A stretch of DNA of 64,000 bases from the NCBI GenBank assembly GCA_951406725.2, contig OX597835.1, positions 38,130,001 to 38,194,000 on the forward strand. The letters are read 5' to 3'. A program made the position numbers and the translations under genes. Shown here piece by piece: positions 54,598 to 64,000 of the stretch. Positions within the stretch are counted from its first letter, which is position 1, and each line of letters starts with the position of its first letter. Source of the stretch: Octopus vulgaris. Its lineage: Eukaryota. Below the pieces are notes generated by a model. It saw nothing but the letters and a program-made list of their open reading frames with translations. It ran no database searches and was not told the origin of the DNA.

Positions 54598-55171
54598 TTT
54601 CTGATTTTCGCACAAGGCCATGATTCAGCAGGGAAGGGGACACACGTTGATTGCATCGACCCCATTGCTCAAATGACAGTTTGGATTTGGACAAAGTAAT
54701 TCGGAAGAATTTGAAGTCAGAACGTAAAGACGAACGAAATGCCGCTAAGCTAAGCATCGTTGGTCCGGAGTACTAACAGTTCTGCTAGCTTGCTGCCTAT
54801 CAGAGTCCTCTAATAATCCTTACTACAATAGGCACAAGGGCTAAAATTTCGAGGGAGGAGGTCAGTTTATCAATGACATCGACTCCAGTGCACAGCTGGT
54901 ACTTAATTTATCAACCTTGAAAGGATGAAGGGCAAGGTCAACCACAGTGAAATTTGTATTCAGAACATGAAGATATGAAACGCTGCTAAGCTTTGTTGTC
55001 CGGCGTCTTTCAGCTCGCCGTCTTTCACTATTTTTATAATGGTCATATATTTTGACTCAAGATCAACAGCTTTTTAGCAATAGGTAGGTGTATGTGTATG
55101 TATGTATGTATGTATGTATGTATGTATGTATGTATGTATATGAGCATATATATATATATATATATATATAT

Positions 55172-55333
55172 CGGGAAAGTTTACGAAAATAAACAAAAGA
55201 CGAAGGCAGGTGGAGTACAAACAAACAAATGTATTAGTATAGCGCTCAGGAATAGAAATAGAAAAAGTCTTTTACGTTTCGAGCCTACGCTCTCCAACAG
55301 AAAGATACACAGAAAAAAACAAGGAGAGAAAAA
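55172..55333 (-). mobile_element. Solo 3' pLTR fragment of the same Penelope family, with hammerhead at 55268-55305
   Basis: The reverse complement matches the pLTR end: tcttt CTGTTGG a gagc gtag gctc GAAA cg TA aaaga. Inserted in (TA)n. Confidence 0.88.
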
Positions 55334-56469
55334 TACACGTATATAAATACAAGTCAATATGCGTGCGTGTTTATACATGCATACATATATACATACATGC
55401 ATACACACACATATATATGCTATATATATGCACATGCACATATATATGTATGCTTACGTGTGTGTATAAGTAAGCGCGTGTATATGTGTGCGCGTGCGTG
55501 CGTCCGTACGTGTGTATGCATGTATACATATATGTATGTTGATATCTCTGTCGATAAACACATGGAGGGGTGTTCAATGTAGAATGCATAGTAAATATTA
55601 GGCTGAGGAAAAAGTTCGTGCGCCGGGTTAAAATAATGCATTTTTGTATAATGTGTTCAACTGGTACTTACTTTCATCAGCCCTTCAAAAACAAAAGGCA
55701 ATGGCGACTTCGGCGGCATTTGAACTCAGAACGTGGGGACAGATGCAATGCCACAAAGCATTCTTGTCCGACGTGCTAGCGATTCTGCCAGTTGGCCACC
55801 TTTCAGCATTTTAATAATGTTTTCAATTTTTGACACAATGCCAGCATTTTCGGAGTTTGTGGGTATGTCGATTACCTCAAAATCATTGCTCAACTTGTAC
55901 TTAATTCATTGACCCCGAAAGGATGGAAGACAATGTTAACCCCGATGTACATTGAACTCATATATCATTGTATCACTGTATCGACCAGATTATCGGTTGT
56001 TGTTACAAACCGCTGATCACAATGCGCTTCCTCGCATTGTTGTAAATTTTGATGTGATGTAACTCTAACGACTTGGTGGCCAGTCCAACATTTCTCCTGG
56101 ATGGAACGCCAGTCCCTTGCAGCATAGTTACCTGTTTATAACAGCTGAGTGGACTGGGGAGGGGTCAGATGAAGTGTTTCTTGCTCAAGAACACAACACA
56201 TAGCCAGGCTGGGAATCGAAACTACAATCTTGTAATCACGAGTGCAACATTCTAACCATTAAGCCAACCAAATTCTCGCACGCACATACACACACTTACA
56301 TGCCAACACACACACACAGAGGGTCACACACACGTTCACACACACGGATACACATACACATATAAAGAGAGAGAGAGAGAGGTAAAGAGAATGAGAGAAA
56401 GAGAGTGAGAGGGAGAATATAAGGGCAACAGAGAAAGGGGCACAGAGAAAGAAAGAATGCGAGAAAGGA

Positions 56470-56500
<31 letters not shown>

Positions 56501-56772
56501 TTTATATATTGATGTAAGTACATATGTGTGTGTGCCTGTGCATGTGTGTGCGTGTGTGTATGTGTCTGTCTGTGCAATAAGTGTGTATGTATTAAGCGTA
56601 TATAAGCGTACAGCTAAATGTGTGTGTATATATATATACGTGTGTTTTTGCACGTATGTACACAAACGTATGTATAGTATAGTCACGTCCATTTAATCAA
56701 TACAGCTTGTATAAGGGGTGTGTATTATTAGTCTACACGCATAGAGAGATTTGTGATACATACATACATACT

Positions 56773-56803
<31 letters not shown>

Positions 56804-57512
56804 TATATATACGCATACATATATATATAGTACTTTTATGTTATATATGTATGCGTAAGTGCGTATGTATATATATATATGTGTGTGTGTGTGCCTCTGT
56901 GTGTGTGTGTGTGTGTGTGCATACATGCATACATATATTGTATATATGCAGATTTACCTATACAATACACACACATACATATTGCATGTATGTAGATATG
57001 CCTAAGCAGACAGACTTACAAATTAACAGTATACACCCATACACCGACATACACACATGCACACGTGCGCTGACACATACACACACACACACACACACAT
57101 GCACTCAAACAAAAACACAGATACACATTCTCTATCAAATACGTGTATATATATATATATACATACATATATATACACACACATACACATATATATATAT
57201 ACACACATATATATATATACACACATATATATACAGTTAAACAAAAATGTTCACATTTTCTATATAAATACTTATCTTCTCAGTTATATGCCAAACACAC
57301 ATGCACACACGCTCATACACACACACACATATGTGTGTGTGTGTGTGTGAGTATGTGTGTGTGTGAGTATGTGTGTGTGTGTGTGTATGTGTGCAGTGTT
57401 TCATGTGTGCATCGTGTGTATGTGGTTGGAGAGAGAGATAGAAAGACAGAGAAAGAGAGAGAGGGTGAGTTGGATATATACATATATATAGATATATTTG
57501 TGTGTATGTGTA

Positions 57513-57625
<113 letters not shown>

Positions 57626-57854
57626 TCCTCTCTACTACGAAAAATTGAAAAATATATTTTAACTATAGCCAAATGACATGAGATGCCAACTATATGTCTG
57701 TTACAAGTTTTTCCTTTTTTCTTGTTGAAAATTTTGGTCTAATTCTATGAAGTAAAATGGTAATATCTATGTTGTTATATTCCTGGGTTATTGAAAGGAA
57801 ATACTACAGTTTCAAGATTATAATCATCACCGACATCCTCCTCCTTCCTCTTCA

Positions 57855-57889
<35 letters not shown>

Positions 57890-58454
57890 GTTGTTGTTGT
57901 TGTTGTTGTTATTATTATTATACGTATTCTGTATCTTTGTTGTTGCTCGTATTGTTGTTGTTGCTGTTGTTATTGTGTTCGGTTTTCTTAATACGATAAC
58001 TTCAGTTTTCCCATTGAATCTAAATTGGAAACATGAATACTTGATGCTTTAGGTTTTCTTTAAGTGTAAGCAGAGTTGTTGTTATAACAGCATAATTCTA
58101 CCAACAGTTCTCTGTTCCGGTTAGAGATGGCTGAGAGCATCGATAAAATCAACAAAAAAACAAAATGTGTTCCACTTAGATCTAAGTCTTAGATTCTTTA
58201 GAAATATTCTGAAGGTGTATTGGGGAAGACCCAATAACCAGTGGTGAAAAGTAAAGGTAAAGTTACCTTCTCTATACATATCGGCCCGTCGCAGGAATAT
58301 CCATTTTTGCCAGCTGAGTGGACTGAAATGATGGGCTTTGCTCAAGAACACGACGCGTCGCCCGCAACACAACGCAACACAACACAACGCGTCGAAACCA
58401 CAATCTTACGATCATAAGGCTAACAACCTAACCACTAACCCATGCGCGTCCACT

Positions 58455-58712
58455 AAAGGGTGAAGTTACCTTCTCAAGTCATTGCGACTCATAAGGTCCG
58501 GTTTCCCAGTTTCCTTGACATATAAATTTCCCACCTAGACGGGACGCCAATCCGTTCAAGGACTACTCATTATTGCCAGCTGAGTGGACTGGAGCCACAT
58601 GAAATGAAGTGTTATGCTCAAGAGTACCACATGTCGTCCGGTCTACGAATCGAAACCACAATCTTACCATCATGAGTCCAACACCCTAACCACTAAGCCA
58701 CGCGCCTCCACT
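58455..58712 (-). mobile_element. SINE family C (tRNA head plus conserved ctccagtccactcagctg domain); other copies at ~25260-25515(-), 53785-54156(-), 56080-56265(-), 58250-58453(-)
   Basis: Minus strand gtggaggcgcgtggcttagtggttagggtgttgg...gtttcgattc, then cttgagc..acacttcatttca..ctccagtccactcagctg. Confidence 0.85.
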
Positions 58713-59098
58713 CATAACCAATGAAGATATTCTATAGAGGTTCAGCCCACAATCGCTTGGCGAATCATCACAGAACGAAAACTAAAACTAGCAGACCACA
58801 TGCTCTGGAACCAGAACAATGCTATTCTAAAGCAGATTTCAAATGAAAACTACCAGAGGGAAAACGAAAGGAAGATCGAAAACCTACACGAAGCAGAAAA
58901 TTGATAACAGACACGATGGAAGCCAATCTGGCACGGATGTATGTAGAGAAAATGCATCCAACAGAATGGGCGCAGGAGTGGCTGTGTGGTAAATAGCTTG
59001 CTTAGCAACCACATGGTTCCGCGTTCAGATCCGTGGCACCTTGGATAAGTGTCGACTTGTGAGTGGATTTGGAAGACAGAAACTGAAAAAAGCCTGTC

Positions 59099-59148
<50 letters not shown>

Positions 59149-59169
59149 TTATTTATTTATTTTCATATA

Positions 59170-59231
<62 letters not shown>

Positions 59232-60034
59232 TGTATGTATGTATGTATGTATGTATGTATGCATGCATGTATGTATGTATGTATGTATGTATGTATGTAT
59301 GTGTTTGTCCCCCCCAACATCGCTTGATAACCGATGCTGGTGTGTTTACGTCCCCGTAACTTAGCGGTTCGGCTAAAGAGTCCGATAGAATAAGTACTAG
59401 GCTTAACAAAGAATAAGTTCTGGGGTCGATTTGCTCGACTAAAGGCGGTGCTCCAACATGGTCGCAGTCAAATGACTGAAACAAGTAAAAGAGTAACAGA
59501 AATCAGTGGCATCAGCTTGCTGTCCAATGTTCTCGAGAGCACAAAAAAAATTGAACCGAAGTCTTCACAATAACTGCTCGATAATAGCTGTCTAAAGGTT
59601 ATAAAACAGTAACAATAAGAAGTAGGCAATGTACGCAACCTATTTCTTCTTTTCTTTATATTTTCCATTTTCTGTCTTGATAAAGAGCCACTGTTCAAAA
59701 TATTGAGATTTCCTCCATCTCAGCAGTCAATGAACTGTGAGGTACTTATGTTTAAAGCATGGACCTTATTCTATCTTTCTCTTTTGACTAACTGCCAAGT
59801 TATGAGAACGTAAACAGAGCAACACCGGTTGTAAAGCGGCCGTCAGGACACTCACATACAGAATGGACATTCACACAATTTCTGTCGATTAAAATTCACT
59901 AGTGGCTTGAGTAGAAGACACTTGGCGTCAGGCAGTGGAACTGAACCCGTAACCACGTTGTTGCAAAGCGTGCTTAACCACATAGCTAAGCTGGTGCCTA
60001 TACAGCCACAGAAAAAAAATAATAATGATAATGA

Positions 60035-60685
60035 CACCAAACGAATACAATAGGGAAGGACAGCATTTAGATTAGAAAATATGTAAGCACTACAAAATCA
60101 TCACTCCTGCTTACTGGTATGAACATCATCCTGAGTCAGTGGTTGAACCTAAAAATGTCGCTATCCTCGGGGATTTTCCAGTCAACACTGACAGAACGAT
60201 CCAGGCTAATCGACCAGACATAATTATTAAAGACATGGAAGAAAATACTTGTAGACTAATAGATGTAAGTGTTCCCACTGATAAAAATACATCTGTAAAG
60301 GAATTTGACAAATTAAGTAAATATAAGGACCTGGAAATTGTAATACAGAAGATGTGGTATCTCAAAGCGAGAACTGTTCTTGTTAATGAAGGTGGCCTAA
60401 GTATGATAAGAAAGGGATGTCAGAAACATCGAGTTAAGATCCCAGGAGAACCATGTGTCCGAGAAATCCAAAAGACTGTGCTGACAAGTACTGCCCACAT
60501 CCCTAGAAAAGCTCAATTTAAATGTCTGTGTTGTATTACATGAAGATATTTCCCTACTGCCCCTGCCACTTCCCCTCCCCAAGCTTTCAGTCATACTGTA
60601 GCGTCTCTTATCCTTCACTCACCCTAGGACGCTGGGTGTGTCTCGGCAAGTAATTGTATCAAACATGCAGATTAAAAGTAAATAA
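60035..60685 (+). pseudogene. 3' fragment of an R4/Dong-like non-LTR retrotransposon (RLE domain)
   Basis: DFPVNTDRTIQANRPDIIIKD...LIDVSVP.D.N...KE..K..KYKDL (PD-D/ExK nuclease), flanked by TAA/CAA/GAT repeats. Confidence 0.88.
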
Positions 60686-60726
60686 CAACAACAACGATGA
60701 TGATGATGATGATGATGATGATGATA

Positions 60727-60754
<28 letters not shown>

Positions 60755-60757
<3 letters not shown>

Positions 60758-61320
60758 CCTTTATTTGCCACAAGGATGAAGGACGAGGGGACAATACAAC
60801 GGCAGACATAAAGCGTTGTGGTTTACATATATGAAATGATAAAAAATAAAAAATAATAAAAAATGAAAGGAAGGAAGGAAGAAAGTATACACGATATACA
60901 CTGAAAAAGAAGAGACATGCATTGCATATTAAGGTTTAAATAAAGTGACGAGGAGGATGATAGAGATGTGGCCCTCCTGATACAAGAAGGTCTCTAGGGA
61001 TAATCGAGGAACCTCACTGTCCGAGATTTCACTGAAACCTTAGGAGCAAGTGCCCTTTCCGATTCCTTCTCTCCGACTCACAGGCCTACACTTAGAGATG
61101 TACCATCTACTCTTGCCATTTTTGGCAACTTTCACCAACTTTTCAATAAACTAACTCGAGGTCAGCACATCCCACTCCACTCTCAATTTCCTTTTCCAGT
61201 GAAACTTGAAGAAGTCAATGAGAGCCCTACCAAAGGGGAATCTATCTGCCCTCGATACATTTCAGCCTTGTCCACCAAACAACCTCTTTCGCCACAGCCA
61301 CCAAGCAAAGGAAAACTTTT
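60755..61320 (-). pseudogene. 3' fragment of an L1/Tx1-like LINE
   Basis: FLCLVAVAKEVVWWTRL (AK..IW..R-type ORF2 C-terminal motif), then a 3' UTR ending ...gcaaataaaggaaa into (CAT)n. Confidence 0.7.
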
Positions 61321-62616
61321 CGTCTATCTTCATATTCTGAATTCAAATTCCGCCGAGGTCCACCTTGCCTTTCATTCTTTCGGGGTCGATAAATTAAGTA
61401 CCGGTTGTGCCTCCAGAAGAAAGGACTTATATTGGTGTTGTTGTAGTTGTTGCTGTTGTCAAGATGGTAAGCTTGCAGAATCGCTAGCCCACCGGGCAAA
61501 ATGCTTAACAATATTTCGCCCGTCTCTATATTCTGAGCCCCAAATGCCGCCGTGGTTGACTTTGCCCTTCATCCTTTTAGAGTTGATAAAACAGGCACCA
61601 GTGGAGCACCGGTGACGATTTAATCGACTTGAACCCTTCCCCCTAAATTGCTGGCATTGTGCCACAATTTGAATTCATAATAATAATAATTATTATTTTT
61701 GTTGTTGGCAGAATCGTTAGCACGCCGGACAAAATGCTTAGCGGTATTTCGTCTGCTGCTACGTTCTGAGTTCAAATACCGCCGAGGTCGACTTTGCCTT
61801 TCATCCTTTCGGGGTTGATTAAATAAGTACCAGTTACGCATTGGGGTCGATGTAATCGACTTAATCCGTTTTTCTGTCCTTGTTTGTCCTCTCTGTGTTT
61901 AGCCCCTTGTGGGTAGTAAAGAAATAGGTATTTCTCCAGTTGCTACGTACTAAGTTCATATTCCACCGGAGTCGACTTTGACTTTCATCCTTTCGGGGTC
62001 GATAAATTAAGTACCAATGTAATCGACGAATTCCCCTCCCCCAAATTTCAGGCCTTGTGCAGTGGATAATTGTTGTTGTTGTTGTTGTTTCGTTTGATTC
62101 GATCTCATGCGACTTAAATTTTCGTATGCTCCTTACAGAAACCTGGCTCATCAAGCACATTTAACCGAATGGAGATGATGCTAGAAGTCCAGGATGGCTA
62201 CCGGAAACTGGGTTCCAATAAATATTGGTCGACACAAGGCTTTACAAGATAACACTCACCGCAAGGTGCCTACGCTGTGGGCTGAACCCGAAACCACCTG
62301 GTTGCCAAGCGAGTTTCTTAACCACACAGCCATACCTGCACCTGTGCATACAGTATATACATATTAGTGGATGAGTAATTGAAAGACCAAAGCAATAAAT
62401 AAATTCATATTTCTTCCTACTCATTTTTTTACCAACATAAAATATCTAATTTGTGTTGTTTATAAAAATTTATTTATTAAGTCTGTTTATTTGCTTGTTT
62501 ATTATTCTATTATTATTGTAGTTTTTATTTTTTACCAGTTTGCTTTTGTTTTATTTTAATTTTTATTTTTGGCTTCGAAATAAAAGATAAATATTATATA
62601 TATCTATATCTATATC

Positions 62617-62652
<36 letters not shown>

Positions 62653-62694
62653 CACACACATGCACACACACACACATACGCACACACACTCACT

Positions 62695-62753
<59 letters not shown>

Positions 62754-62962
62754 GCAGACAGACAGACAGATAGAGAGATGTGTGTAGGGGAGCGGGCGTA
62801 ACTTTGTGGTAAGAAGCTTGCTTCCCAACCACATGGTTCCAGGTTCAGTTCCACTGCGTGGTACCTTGGGTAAGTGTCTTCTAGTATAACCTTGGGTCAC
62901 CCAAAGACTTTCGAGTGAATTTCGTAGAGAGAAACTCAAAGAAGTTCGTCGTATATATGTGG

Positions 62963-63018
<56 letters not shown>

Positions 63019-63381
63019 TTTGTGCCTGTTTTTGTCTCCACCACGGTTTGACAACCGATGTTAGTGTGATTGCGTCCTCGTAATTTAGAGGTTCGGCGAA
63101 ATAAACTTATAGAATATGTACAAGACTTCAAAGAAATAAGTCCTTGGGTCGATACATTCGACTGCCAAAAATTCTACAAAGTGGTGCTCCATCATGCCCG
63201 CAGCCTAATGACTGAAACAAGTAAAAGATAAAGTATATATATATATATGTTGTTTCTACTTCAGCACAGTAGAAGTAGAAACAACATGTTCTTTGCCTAT
63301 CTCCTAAACTTCTTGGAGATTTTTTTGTATAATTATACTAATGTGTCCATCTGTTCTAATTTAATTAAATTCTATGGCTTT

Positions 63382-63470
63382 GTGCAGCTGAAGATTGCGC
63401 TACATTTTAAATTGATGTAATTATTGCATTGTTCAATTAAATGGTATTGCTTGAAACGATCGTACTGCAT
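63382..63470 (+). ncRNA. Type I hammerhead ribozyme, canonical core
   Basis: gtgcag CTGAAGA [long stem II: tacattt/aaatggta, aattga/tcaatt, tgtaa/ttgca] GAAA cgatcg TA ctgcat. It lies in a ~330-bp insert (63245-63575) between (TA)n and (CTAT)n. Confidence 0.85.
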
Positions 63471-63611
63471 TACTGGATATCCTTGTTGCTTATTTTGATT
63501 TTAATCACCTTACTTTGAGATTGTATGGATAATACCATACTAAGTTCTGGTGCCTCAACTTAAGTACCATATTCATCTGAATCTATTTATCTATCCATCT
63601 ATCTATCCATC

Positions 63612-63757
<146 letters not shown>

Positions 63758-64000
63758 CCTACCTACCTACCTACAAACCTATCTATCTATCTATCTCTCT
63801 TGACGCCCTTTTTACTCTGAAAGCAATAACATCGTCAACATCATCATCATCGTTATCATCGTCATCATCGTCATCATCGCCATCATCAAAGTGATAGTTA
63901 CACCTGGACAGCCATCATCGTTCTCAAGTCTTCTAGCTCAGATCTATCCTACCCCAGATACTTAAACAGCAAAATGAATAAATGAATAAATAAATAAATA

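Overview
Eukaryotic, AT-rich, microsatellite-saturated, repeat-dominated DNA with no convincing host protein-coding exon. It is probably an intron or intergenic region; the SINE families and repeat density suggest an octopus or other coleoid cephalopod genome, which is an inference. Almost all ORFs in the track are translations of (TA)n, (CA)n, (ATGT)n, (CTAT)n, (TAA)n or (CAC)n tracts. The real content is: one young, near-intact Penelope-like retroelement (RT plus C-terminal GIY-YIG, Neptune-like, 25849-31238) with ~850-bp direct pseudo-LTRs; decayed mariner, Tc1 and DD37E transposons; hAT-like and Merlin-like MITEs with 8-bp TSDs; 3' fragments of RLE (R4/Dong-like), RTE-like and L1/Tx1-like LINEs; a Gypsy integrase fragment inside a Helentron-like element; and many tRNA-derived SINEs. 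The most striking signal is about 14 well-formed and several degenerate minimal type I hammerhead ribozyme motifs. They lie in at least six unrelated small elements lodged in or beside microsatellites, often as inverted pairs, and their catalytic cores co-vary at positions 3 and 8 (C3-G8, U3-A8, possibly A3-U8), with a fixed A6U variant in the autonomous element. All folds were read by eye, and coordinates of decayed repeats are approximate.
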